64,000 nt of DNA from an uncultured Cardiobacterium sp. (GTDB lineage Bacteria > Pseudomonadota > Gammaproteobacteria > Cardiobacteriales > Cardiobacteriaceae). The notes beneath the pieces are model-generated. The model worked only from the letters and a program-made list of their open reading frames with translations, searched no databases and was not told where the DNA came from. Made by a program: the position numbers and the translations under genes. Within the stretch, counting starts at the first letter, position 1; the number at the start of each line of letters is the position of its first letter. The stretch is taken from the NCBI RefSeq assembly GCF_938028825.1, contig NZ_CALIZP010000090.1, positions 13,374-77,373 on the forward strand, given 5' to 3'. Below are positions 9,268 to 18,477 of this stretch, in pieces.

Positions 9268-10044
9268 ATGATGACGACAAACGACGCCCTGTTTGACCGC
9301 ATCGGCGGGCATTTCCTGAAAAATATCTATGCCACCACCAAAGGCCGCATTCGCCTCGCCGTCCTGCAACGCGACCTGCAACCGTTGCTGGCGGAGACAT
9401 CACTGCGCATTCTCGATATTGGCGGCGGTGCAGGGCAGATGGCCTTGTGGTACGCGGCTCAGGGGCACGAAGTAACCGTCACCGATCTGTCCCAAATGCT
9501 GCTGGGCAAAGGACGCGCTGCCGCGCAGGACTTGAATCTGCCGGTTACGTTCATACAGGCGGACGCTTTCGCACTGGACACGGCTCTGGGCGATGCACAA
9601 TTCGATCTCGTTTGCTGCCATGCGGTGCTGGAATGGGTCGCAGATGCCGCCGGATTACTCGCCGCCTGTGCCGCCCGCATCCGCCCGGGTGGGCACTTCT
9701 CGCTGATGTACTACAACGCGCATGCCCTGCGCTTTGCCCAGCACGTGTTCGGCAATTTCGCCTACCTTGACCGGGGCCTGCATCCTTACCGCAAAACCGC
9801 CAAACTCACACCCACTTACCCACGCTGTCCGGAAGACGTCGCCACCCTGTTGGCTCAACTTGCACTGTCCCCCGTGCACCGCTCGGCCATCCGCTGTTTT
9901 TACGACTACATGAAAGCCCATGATCGCGCCCGCCACAGCGCGGACGAACTCACCGCGCGTGAATTGGCACTATCCAAAGATCCTTGCTACCTGAATGTCG
10001 CCCGCTACATTCACGAACTGCGCCGGAAAAATGATGCGGATTAA
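9268..10044 (+). CDS. cmoM: SAM-dependent methyltransferase, CmoM/SmtA-like
   Basis: F..NIYATTKGRIRLAVL..DL, LDIGGGAGQ, CHAVLEW, ARYIH. Confidence 0.8.
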   Translation: MMTTNDALFDRIGGHFLKNIYATTKGRIRLAVLQRDLQPLLAETSLRILDIGGGAGQMALWYAAQGHEVTVTDLSQMLLGKGRAAAQDLNLPVTFIQADAFALDTALGDAQFDLVCCHAVLEWVADAAGLLAACAARIRPGGHFSLMYYNAHALRFAQHVFGNFAYLDRGLHPYRKTAKLTPTYPRCPEDVATLLAQLALSPVHRSAIRCFYDYMKAHDRARHSADELTARELALSKDPCYLNVARYIHELRRKNDAD

Positions 10045-10188
10045 ACACGAGTATCCACTCAACTGATTGCCTGCAAAGGGATTTTGACAACCATTAGGGA
10101 AAGTCTTAGTATTGCCGCGTTGCAAAGACATGAACAAAAAATTACCGCTGCTGCGGTTAGTCACGCACAATTTCTAAAGGAAAAAACG

Positions 10189-11103
10189 ATGAAAAGAACC
10201 ACGAAAATGCTGCCGGTCATCCTGTTGGGCGGATTGCTTGCCATGAGCAGTAGCGCGCAAATGCCGGAACTCGCGGAACAATGGCAAACCTTCGGTGCCC
10301 CCGTGCCCGGCAACGAATCTGTCAACCCCGGCTGGGCAGGCGCCATGTTCTACCGTCCTGCCGGTGCAGGCGGCCCGGCGGCGAACATATACGTCAATGG
10401 CGAATACCTCGCTTCATTACTGCCGGGCGGCTATCGTTATGCCGAACTCTGCCCCTACAACCAGCGCCTGGCCTCCGCCTACACCGGGCAGGACACCGCC
10501 TACAACATCAAGGCAGGCGCGGGAGAATTCTACGATTTGCCGCAGGGTTACGTCAGCTTCTTCCGCGTCGTGGATTCAGGCGTGGGGCCGACGCTGCAAG
10601 CAGTCAACCGTGCGACTGCCGGTCAGGAACTCGGTCAGCTGCGTGAACAAATCCACACCTTGCCGCGCCTTGAACAAAATCGCAGTTGTGCCCCGGAACT
10701 TGTGCAGCAGTACAACATTGACGTTTCCACCCTGTTCAAATTTGACCGCTACGACTACGCCAGCATGTTGCCCGAAGGCAAACGCCGTCTGAAAGAAATC
10801 GCTGCCGATTCCTATCAGTACCGCGACGCAACCAGCGTTATCTACATTGATGGCTACGCCGACCCTGAAGGCAAGCCCGCTTACAACCAGCGCCTCTCGC
10901 AGCGCCGCGCACAAACCGTCAAACGCGTCCTCATCGAAAACGGCTTCAACGCCTCATCACTCAAAGCACGCGGTCATGGCGAAACGGATCTTGTCGTCAG
11001 CGACTGCCGCGCCCGCTACCCGCGCAACGCCAAGGCTCGTGCCGCCTGCGACCAGCCGAATCGCCGTGTCGAAATCAAACTGTACGGCAAAAACATGCAC
11101 TGA
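10189..11103 (+). CDS. Exported OmpA-family (peptidoglycan-binding) domain protein
   Basis: Signal peptide; GYADPEG..AYNQRLSQRRA, NRRVEI. Confidence 0.9.
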   Translation: MKRTTKMLPVILLGGLLAMSSSAQMPELAEQWQTFGAPVPGNESVNPGWAGAMFYRPAGAGGPAANIYVNGEYLASLLPGGYRYAELCPYNQRLASAYTGQDTAYNIKAGAGEFYDLPQGYVSFFRVVDSGVGPTLQAVNRATAGQELGQLREQIHTLPRLEQNRSCAPELVQQYNIDVSTLFKFDRYDYASMLPEGKRRLKEIAADSYQYRDATSVIYIDGYADPEGKPAYNQRLSQRRAQTVKRVLIENGFNASSLKARGHGETDLVVSDCRARYPRNAKARAACDQPNRRVEIKLYGKNMH

Positions 11104-11118
11104 CCGCCTCCACTGAGG

Positions 11119-11217
11119 ACCTGTCCCATCGGCTGTGGTTGACGTAAAACAATACCCCTTATCCCGCCAGGGTCGGAACGGGCTTTGCTTTACGCCGGCA
11201 TGGCTCATGGGACAGGT
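11119..11217. repeat. 99-bp imperfect inverted repeat (candidate MITE or structured RNA)
   Basis: Perfect 11-bp ends ACCTGTCCCAT / ATGGGACAGGT plus an extended inner stem. Confidence 0.6.
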
Positions 11218-11455
11218 TTATCAATCTTTTGCAGACAAGATGTTGGTGAGGGGCAAGGCGAAGACGCTGGTGATTACGGCGCTGATGCGCACGCTGCCGA
11301 CGACGCGCGGTTCGTACCGCAACATCAGCGTTCTTTTGATTTGCATCTCTATGAAATGCAACAGAAATATGATTTCTTCTAATGCCCGGCACCGTTAAGA
11401 CACAATACCTACGCTCACCAGGCGGCGTAATTACCGGGGTTATCAAGCGGGCATC

Positions 11456-11483
11456 AAAAAGGCGGGCCAAGCCCGCCTTTTTT
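11456..11483. terminator. Bidirectional terminator at the end of the ABC-pseudoazurin operon
   Basis: AAAAAGGCGGGC-CAA-GCCCGCCTTTTTT. Confidence 0.85.
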
Positions 11484-12034
11484 TATTTCTTCTCTGGCGT
11501 GGCCTTGTCGCCATCGGCGGGTTTGGCTTCGCTTGTTGCCGCTGTCCCGGCGGGTTTGGTTTCTGCCGCCGCTGCGGCAGGTTCACTGGCGCTGTCGCCT
11601 TTAAGTTGTTCGATGTATTTGGTCAGGCGGCCTTTGTTGCTCATCGCGCGTTTTTCCAGTTTGGGGACACGGGTGTTGACGGCCTCCATGTTGGTCGCTT
11701 CGCCCACCTGGATGACGCCAACCATGTTCATCATGCTGTGCGGCGGGCAGACGTAGATGTACACGCCTTCTTTGTCGAGTTTGACGCTGTATTTTTCGTC
11801 CAGTTCGCTTTTGAAGGCTTCCGCCCCTTCGGGGATGACTTTACTTTCGACGTTGTGCCCTTTGGTGGTCGGCAGGAAGGTGACGGTGTCGCCCGGCGCG
11901 ATTTTCAGCACGGCGGGTTCGAAGACCATCGGCTCTTTGTCGGCGCCGATGTCGAGCATTTTGACTTCGTGTTCGGCGGCGTGGGTGGTCGCGGCTGCGG
12001 CGAGCAGGGCGAGGGTGAGGAGGGTTTTTTTCAT
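11483..12034 (-). CDS. Pseudoazurin (type 1 copper cupredoxin) with Ala-rich C-terminal tail
   Basis: Signal peptide; [22 protein letters not shown], copper ligands in CPPHSMMNM. Confidence 0.9.
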   Translation of the reverse strand: MKKTLLTLALLAAAATTHAAEHEVKMLDIGADKEPMVFEPAVLKIAPGDTVTFLPTTKGHNVESKVIPEGAEAFKSELDEKYSVKLDKEGVYIYVCPPHSMMNMVGVIQVGEATNMEAVNTRVPKLEKRAMSNKGRLTKYIEQLKGDSASEPAAAAAETKPAGTAATSEAKPADGDKATPEKK

Positions 12035-12837
12035 GGTATGGTCTCCGGGGTTGGGGTGGGTTTGGGTTCACGAATGGCGCGGCGCGGCATGACGACGGCC
12101 GGAGCGCCGTCGGGGTCGTTGTACACGGCGGCTTCGACGCGGTAGATGCGTTCGATGGTTTCTTTTTGCAAGACATCGCGCGGCGCGCCTTGTGCCTGGA
12201 TTTTGGCGTCCGCCAGCAGGATGATTTCGTCGGCGAACTGGGCGGCGAGGTTGAGGTCGTGCAGGATCATCAGGGTGATGAGGTCGCGCTCGCGGGTGTG
12301 GTGGCGCACGGCTTCAAGCAGCACGCACTGGTGGTGCATGTCGAGCGCGCTCACCGGTTCGTCAAGCAGGAGGATTTCCGGGTCGCGCAGCAGGACTTGC
12401 GCGAACATGACCATTTGCCGCTGCCCGCCGGAGAGGGCAAGCACGTCGCGTCCGGCAAGGTGGGCGATGCCGAGGGTTTCCATCATGGCGGCGGCGAGGG
12501 CGAGTTGTTCGTCCGAGACGTGCATGGTGAGGTTCGTCATCTGGCCGAGCAGGACGATTTCGAGCGCGGTGAGCGAGGCGTCAACGACGGTATCCTGCGG
12601 CATGTAGCCGATGGGTTTGCGCCAGGCCATGTGATGGCCGTGGCTGAGGGTTTTGTCGCGGTAGCGGATGTGTCCGCTGTAGGGTAGTTCGGCAAAGAGG
12701 GTTTTGATGAGCGAGGATTTGCCTGCGCCGTTCGGCCCGAGGATGGCGTAGGTTTTGCCGTGGTGCAATTCAAGCGAGATGTTGTCGGCGACGCAGAGTT
12801 GGCCGCGATGGATGGTGAGGTGGTCTATCTGCATCAT
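12031..12837 (-). CDS. Iron-chelate/cobalamin-type ABC transporter ATPase
   Basis: [28 protein letters not shown]. Confidence 0.92.
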   Translation of the reverse strand: MMQIDHLTIHRGQLCVADNISLELHHGKTYAILGPNGAGKSSLIKTLFAELPYSGHIRYRDKTLSHGHHMAWRKPIGYMPQDTVVDASLTALEIVLLGQMTNLTMHVSDEQLALAAAMMETLGIAHLAGRDVLALSGGQRQMVMFAQVLLRDPEILLLDEPVSALDMHHQCVLLEAVRHHTRERDLITLMILHDLNLAAQFADEIILLADAKIQAQGAPRDVLQKETIERIYRVEAAVYNDPDGAPAVVMPRRAIREPKPTPTPETIP

Positions 12838-13961
12838 GTGTTGGCCTTGCGCGAGAGGATGATCCAGAAGAAGAACGGCACACCGATGAAGGAGGTGATG
12901 ATGCCGATGGGAAATTCCGCGCCTGGGTTGATGAGTTTGGAGAGGACGGAGGCGGCGGAGAGGAAGGCGGAGCCGGCGAGCATGGCGGTCGGCAGGAAGT
13001 AGCGCTGGTCTTCGCCGACGAGCATCCGCGCGACGTGCGGGGCGACGAGGCCGATGAAGCCGATGGTGCCGATGAAGCTGATGACGGTCGCGGTCATGAC
13101 GGCGACGATGACGAGCACGCGCATTCTGAGCGCGGCGAGGTTCACACCCATGCTGGCAGCGCGTGCTTCGCCGAGACGCAGGGCGGTGAGTTGCCAGACG
13201 TTGGCGAAGAGCAGCAGGATGCAGATGAGGGTAACGGCAGCGGTAATGGCGAGGGTCTGCCATTTGGCTTTGCTAAGGGCGCCGAAGAGCCAGAAGAGGA
13301 TTTTTTGCGATTCTTCCGGGGTAGCGATGTATTGCATCAGCGAGGAGGCGGACTGGAAGATAAATAGCAGGGCGATGCCGACCAGCACCAGGGTGGATGA
13401 GGAGAAGCGGCGCATGGAGGCGAAGATGAACATGATACCGGCGGCGAGCATGGTCATGAGGAAGGCGGATAGTGGCTGGGCGACGTACACGGAGAGGCCG
13501 AAGGTACCGAAAACAACGACAAGCGAGGCGCCGAAACCGGCGGCAGCGGCCATGCCGAGGGTGTAGGGGCTGGCCATGGGGTTGTTCAGCAGGGTCTGGA
13601 TTTCCGCACCGCCCGCGCCAAGCGCTGCCCCGGCGACGAGCGCCATCAGGGCGATGGGCAGGCGCAGGTGGTTGACGATGATGTGGGTGATGTTGTCCAC
13701 GCCGCCGATACCGAGCCATTGCTGGAAGCTGTGCCAGTGCAGGGCGAGGCTGCTTGCGCCCGCTTCCGGCGCGGTGTCGCGGAATTGCAGCAGGGCGTAG
13801 AGCACGTCTTTGGCGCTGATTTTGCCGCCAGCCGCGCCATTGGTGAGGTCGAGAATGAAGGTGATGAGGCAGAACACGATGAAGAGCAGCATGATGGTCC
13901 ACCGCCGCTTTTCGCGGCGGCGGTGGGCGGCAATCGTGTCTTGAACGGTTTGCTGCGGCAC
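12834..13961 (-). CDS. FecCD/BtuC-family ABC permease
   Basis: LRLP, NNPMASPYTLG, GFIGLVAPH, PIGIITSFIGVPFF. Confidence 0.92.
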   Translation of the reverse strand: MPQQTVQDTIAAHRRREKRRWTIMLLFIVFCLITFILDLTNGAAGGKISAKDVLYALLQFRDTAPEAGASSLALHWHSFQQWLGIGGVDNITHIIVNHLRLPIALMALVAGAALGAGGAEIQTLLNNPMASPYTLGMAAAAGFGASLVVVFGTFGLSVYVAQPLSAFLMTMLAAGIMFIFASMRRFSSSTLVLVGIALLFIFQSASSLMQYIATPEESQKILFWLFGALSKAKWQTLAITAAVTLICILLLFANVWQLTALRLGEARAASMGVNLAALRMRVLVIVAVMTATVISFIGTIGFIGLVAPHVARMLVGEDQRYFLPTAMLAGSAFLSAASVLSKLINPGAEFPIGIITSFIGVPFFFWIILSRKANT

Positions 13962-13964
13962 GAA

Positions 13965-15062
13965 TTACTCCGCTTTCAGGAAGAAGGTGCCTTCCGGGGT
14001 GACCGGCAGATACTTCTTGTGGAAGTCGAGGTAGGTAGCGAGCGGGTCGACATCCTTGAAGGCATCGGGGTAGAGCGCTTTGGCGATGTACTGGATAGAG
14101 GCGGCATCGGCCAGTGTGCGCGAGGCGCCCTGATAGATGCCGTAGAGGCGGCCATCCTTGATGGCTGGCAGTTCCGCCCAGCCTTGGCGCGTCTTGTAGC
14201 CGTTCAGACGTTTCAGCGCTTCGTCTTTGGCGATGTTGATGCCCATCACCAGCGCCTGTTCGTTTTTCTTCAGCTCGGTTTCGCGTCCGCTGATGACGAC
14301 GACTTCAGGTTTATCGACGATGACTTGTTCGGGGTTCATCGGGCCGGCGTATTCGACGTGGCCAACGGCGATGTTGCTGCCCATCGCCTGCTCGGCGAGC
14401 GGCCCCCACATGGTGTTACCGAAGCTGTTGCCGTATTCAGCCGGGCCTTTGTTGCCAAATTCAAGATAGATTTTCGGCTTGGGCTGGCCGGATTTTTCCA
14501 CACGGCTGTGCACGTCTTTCACCACGCCTTCGTACCAGGCGGCGATTTCTTTCGCGCGCGCTTCCTGTCCGGTGATTTCGCCAAGGACGCGGGTACTTTC
14601 CAGATGCAGCGGCAGTTGTTCTTTGTTGTAGTCAAGGACGACGACGGGGATGCCCGCTTTTTCCAGCGGTTCGAGGTCGTCTTCAATCGCCTGCCATTGC
14701 CAGTCGGCAAGGACGACCAGATCCGGCTTCAGCGCCAGTACTTTTTCCACCGAGAAGGTGCCGACTTCAACTTCGCCCACATCGGCGAGTTCGTTCAGCT
14801 TCGGCAGCGCCTTGCTGTACACCTCCCAGCTGGCAGGCGTCCAGTCCGTCCACACGGCTTTCGAGAAGCCAACGACGTTATCCAGTGCTTTTTCACCGCC
14901 AACCGCGAGGTAATCGGTGTAGTAGAAACCCAGCATGATGCGCTTCGCAGGCACATCCACTTTCACTTCGCGACCAAGCACATCTTTGATGGTCTTCACC
15001 TCGGCATGGGCGGCGGTCATGGTCGCCGCGACGACGGCAGCGGCAAGCAGTTTTTTCAGCAT
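13965..15062 (-). CDS. Class III (iron-chelate type) ABC substrate-binding protein, paralogue 1
   Basis: Signal peptide AHA-E; IKDVLGREVKVDVPAKRI, EKVLALKPDLV, KALYPDAF. Confidence 0.9.
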   Translation of the reverse strand: MLKKLLAAAVVAATMTAAHAEVKTIKDVLGREVKVDVPAKRIMLGFYYTDYLAVGGEKALDNVVGFSKAVWTDWTPASWEVYSKALPKLNELADVGEVEVGTFSVEKVLALKPDLVVLADWQWQAIEDDLEPLEKAGIPVVVLDYNKEQLPLHLESTRVLGEITGQEARAKEIAAWYEGVVKDVHSRVEKSGQPKPKIYLEFGNKGPAEYGNSFGNTMWGPLAEQAMGSNIAVGHVEYAGPMNPEQVIVDKPEVVVISGRETELKKNEQALVMGINIAKDEALKRLNGYKTRQGWAELPAIKDGRLYGIYQGASRTLADAASIQYIAKALYPDAFKDVDPLATYLDFHKKYLPVTPEGTFFLKAE

Positions 15063-15141
15063 ATAAGCTCCTGTTGTGGGGAAAATGCGCCCGTGGGTAA
15101 AACCCGCCGCGCCCGGACGCAAGGCGCGCTGGCTTGGAAAA

Positions 15142-15726
15142 TCAGGCGGGATGGTAGGCAGCAATGTCCCAATAGGCGACATCGTAAAAACGCTGCATAA
15201 ACGTGACCGGATCGGCGCAGAGCAAATCAAGAAAAGCGGCGACGCTGTCGGCAATCCGCATCGAGCATTCTTCATGGTTGTAATAAAACACCTTGCCGCG
15301 ATGCGCACCGGCGGTTGCCAGATAAAAACGTTCCGGTGCCTGCCCGAAGCCGGCAAAGACAATGGCGCTGTCCCACCAGGTCGGGACGCCGTACACCGCA
15401 TCCCCGTCTTCGCAGTTTTCGTCATCAAGCAGCAGCCATTCATAGAGCATGGCTTTTTCTGCCGCCATTTGCGCGAGCGGCAGGAAGAAAAAGCATTCGC
15501 CGGGATCGGCGCGGTTGGCGAAAAGCTGTAAACCGTCGCTTTCCCGATAGAGCGTGGGCAAAACCGCATCACAACCCTGCAAGGCAGTTTCCAGCGCGGC
15601 AACGGCGGCAGCGGATGCGGGCGGAAACGTGATATGACGGAGCGGAATGACGCCGCCGCCCGCTTCCGCATTGTTGACGAAATGCGGATTGGGCGCGGCG
15701 AGCAGGGTGTGCAGGGATTCAAGCAT
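15142..15726 (-). CDS. SMI1/KNR4 (SUKH) family protein
   Basis: FPPASAAAVAALE, LYRESDGL, GKVFYYNHE...IADSVAAFL. Confidence 0.7.
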   Translation of the reverse strand: MLESLHTLLAAPNPHFVNNAEAGGGVIPLRHITFPPASAAAVAALETALQGCDAVLPTLYRESDGLQLFANRADPGECFFFLPLAQMAAEKAMLYEWLLLDDENCEDGDAVYGVPTWWDSAIVFAGFGQAPERFYLATAGAHRGKVFYYNHEECSMRIADSVAAFLDLLCADPVTFMQRFYDVAYWDIAAYHPA

Positions 15727-15789
15727 GGGGATTACTCTCGCTGAGATGAACGAAAGCCGCGTGGTTACGCCGCTTGGCGGCATTTGCCA

Positions 15790-16905
15790 TTACCGTTGCG
15801 GATACAGGAAAAACGTCCCCTGCGGCACGACCGGCAGGTATTCGCGATAGAAATCCTGCCAAGTTTTGTCCGGATCGACATCGGCGAACACCTGCGGATA
15901 CAGTGCCTTCGCCATGAATTGTACCGCCGCCAGGTCGGTAATCGAGCGCGAGGCGGTGTGGTAAAGGCCATAGACGCGGTTGTTCTGCACCGCCGGCAGG
16001 CTGTCCCAGCCGATGCGCTTGATGAAGCCGGCGAGGCGCTGCCGCGCGTCTGCTTCACTGATGCCGATGCCCATCGACATCACATTGGGATTGGTGTCGT
16101 GTTCCAGTTCCGTGCCGGAAATCATGATGACATCAGGACGGGCGACCAGTAATTGCTCGGCGGAAATCGTGCCCCAGGTTTTGATATGCGGTGCGCTGAC
16201 GTTATCGCCGCCGACGGTATCGGCAATCGCGCCCCACATGTTTTTGCCAAAGGTAAAGCTGTATTCCTCCGGTCCTTTATTGCCGAATTCGATATAGATT
16301 TTCGGCTTGGGCAGATTGGCCGCTTTGACCCGCTTTTGAATATCGGCGATACCGTCGGCATATGCCCGGGCAATCTTTTCCGCACGCGCTTCCGTGCCCG
16401 CCAGTTGCCCGAAAATACGGATGCTCTGCGTATGGTTTTCAACGGTCTGATCATTGAAATCGACCACGACCACCGGAATGCCCGCTTCCTCAAAACGCGG
16501 CAATTCCGCCGCCAGCGCCTCGTATTGAATCTTCGGAATCACCAGCACATCGGGTTTCAGCGCCAGCGCCTTTTCCGTGGAGAAAGTATTGCTGATGACG
16601 TAGCCGACATCGTCAATGTCTTTTAAGAATGGCATCTTTTCCGTAAATTGTGCCCAGCTGCCGGGATTGAATTTTTCCCAGAACTCACGCGAAATGCCAA
16701 CAACGTTGCGGAAATTGTCCGCGCCGGTCGCAGCAATATAATCCGGGTAATAAAAGGTGAGAATAGCGCGCTTGACCGGCACATCCACCGCCACTTCGCG
16801 CCCCAGCACATCTTTAATCTGCTTCACCTCCGCCTGTGCCGCGAGCACGGCAAACGCCGCGCCGCAAAATACCAATTTTGCTAAATTCATCAATGGTTTC
16901 AACAT
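15790..16905 (-). CDS. Class III ABC substrate-binding protein, paralogue 2
   Basis: AQA-E signal; IKDVLGREVAVDVPVKRA, KPKIYIEFGNKGP; clearly paralogous to 13965-15062. Confidence 0.9.
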   Translation of the reverse strand: MLKPLMNLAKLVFCGAAFAVLAAQAEVKQIKDVLGREVAVDVPVKRAILTFYYPDYIAATGADNFRNVVGISREFWEKFNPGSWAQFTEKMPFLKDIDDVGYVISNTFSTEKALALKPDVLVIPKIQYEALAAELPRFEEAGIPVVVVDFNDQTVENHTQSIRIFGQLAGTEARAEKIARAYADGIADIQKRVKAANLPKPKIYIEFGNKGPEEYSFTFGKNMWGAIADTVGGDNVSAPHIKTWGTISAEQLLVARPDVIMISGTELEHDTNPNVMSMGIGISEADARQRLAGFIKRIGWDSLPAVQNNRVYGLYHTASRSITDLAAVQFMAKALYPQVFADVDPDKTWQDFYREYLPVVPQGTFFLYPQR

Positions 16906-16933
16906 GGATACTCCCCGGCTAAAAATGCGACGC

Positions 16934-16973
16934 ATCATGCCCAGTGCTAAGCCTAATGTCAATAAATCGCATT
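16934..16973 (-). promoter_or_regulatory. Sigma70 promoter overlapped by a Fur-like box
   Basis: Minus strand TTGACA (16962-16957), 17 bp, CATGAT (16939-16934); AATGTCAATAAATCGCATT (16955-16973) matches 13 of 18 defined positions of AATGATAATNATTATCATT. Confidence 0.6.
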
Positions 16974-17067
16974 TGTACGCAGACCTCCATACAGGAAGCA
17001 AAATGGCATAAATCTTGCTGATGTTTTACAGATTGTTAATATTCAGCCTTTCCGCGATAATAACGCC

Positions 17068-18468
17068 ATGAATTACCTCGCCCCCGAATTCATTGCCGCC
17101 TTCCTGCTCTTCCTTGCGCTGTACTGGAGCCAGCGCGAGCGCGTCGTCGTGCAAAACCGCCTGCTGCTTGCCGCCAGCTACCTGCTGGTCGCGACATACA
17201 GCTTCCTTTTTGTCCTCGAACTCGTCGCCTACTCCGCCTTCATCTACCTCGCCGCGCGTCACATCCAGCGCAGCCGCAACAAAAAATACCTCGCTGCCGC
17301 CATCGCCATTGCCGTCGCCCACCTCGCGCTGATGAAATATCTCGACTTCTTCCGCAGCGCCAGCCAGATCCTGCTGCACACCATCGGTATCCGCTGGAAC
17401 CTGCCCGCCGCCGAAATCGCCCTGCCCATTGGCATCTCCTACTACACCTTCCAGTCCATCACCTACCTCGTCGCCGCCTGGCGCGTGCAAATCGTTGCCG
17501 AAAAACCCGAACGCCTTGCCCTCTACCTCGCCTTCTTCCCCACCCTGCTGGCCGGTCCCATCTGCCGCGCCGGCGACATGCTGCCGCAATACGCTGCCAC
17601 CGCGCCGCGCGCCGTCGGCGAGACCGGCCGCATCTTCATTCTCCTGATCAGCGCCCTCGTCAAACTGCTGTGGCTGAACGCTTGGCTGGAAGAAAACTGG
17701 ACGACGCCCATCCTCGGCAACCCTGAGCAGTACCAGCCCATCGAAGTCCTCGCCGGACTCTACGCCTACACCCTCTACATCTACCTCAACTTTTCCGGCT
17801 ACACCGAACTCGTCACCGCCTTTGCCCTGCTGCTCGGCATCCGCGTCGCCGAGAACTTCAACCTGCCCTACGCCGCCACCAACCTGCGTGACTTCTGGCA
17901 GCGCTGGCACATCAGCCTCTCCACCTGGATACGCGACTACCTCTACATCCCGCTTGGCGGCAACCGCCACGGCTTCCTGCGCACCCAAGTGAACCTCACC
18001 ATCGCCATGCTGCTCTCCGGCCTGTGGCACGGCGCAAGCGGCAACTACCTCATCTGGGGCGCGATGCACGCCGCCGGCATCATCGTGCTCAACAGCTGCG
18101 ACCGTCTCATGGGCAAAAACGCCGTCGCCACCCTGAGCCCGGCGCTGGCGCGCTACGGCACCATCCATTACATCGTCCTCACCTGGGCCGTCTTCTACAA
18201 AAACGACGCCGACAACACCCGCGCCATCTTCCGCGCCCTCGGCGGCAACCTCACCCTGGACGCACCCGCGCGCGCGCTCACCTTCGTCCTCGCCTTCAAC
18301 CTCCTCCTCTACTTCTACCCGAAAAGCGCGGGCTGGCAGACACTCGCCGCCAACCTGTGGCGCCGCCTGCCGTGGCACAGCCAGGCGCTGCTCTTCACCC
18401 TCATCCTCGTGACCATCGCCGCCTACGCCCCCGGCGGCATCCCGAACATCCTCTACGCCGACTACTGA
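17068..18468 (+). CDS. MBOAT O-acyltransferase (PatA/AlgI-like)
   Basis: LPIGISYYTFQ, FFPTLLAGPI, ENFNLPY, FWQRWHISLSTWIRDYLYIPLGG, GLWHG. Confidence 0.92.
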   Translation: MNYLAPEFIAAFLLFLALYWSQRERVVVQNRLLLAASYLLVATYSFLFVLELVAYSAFIYLAARHIQRSRNKKYLAAAIAIAVAHLALMKYLDFFRSASQILLHTIGIRWNLPAAEIALPIGISYYTFQSITYLVAAWRVQIVAEKPERLALYLAFFPTLLAGPICRAGDMLPQYAATAPRAVGETGRIFILLISALVKLLWLNAWLEENWTTPILGNPEQYQPIEVLAGLYAYTLYIYLNFSGYTELVTAFALLLGIRVAENFNLPYAATNLRDFWQRWHISLSTWIRDYLYIPLGGNRHGFLRTQVNLTIAMLLSGLWHGASGNYLIWGAMHAAGIIVLNSCDRLMGKNAVATLSPALARYGTIHYIVLTWAVFYKNDADNTRAIFRALGGNLTLDAPARALTFVLAFNLLLYFYPKSAGWQTLAANLWRRLPWHSQALLFTLILVTIAAYAPGGIPNILYADY

Positions 18469-18477
18469 GACACCGCC

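Noticed and set aside
11221..11346. 41-codon minus-strand ORF MQIKRTLMLRYEPRVVGSV...
   Set aside because: It lies downstream of a terminator with a weak RBS and no recognisable homology, so it cannot be supported.
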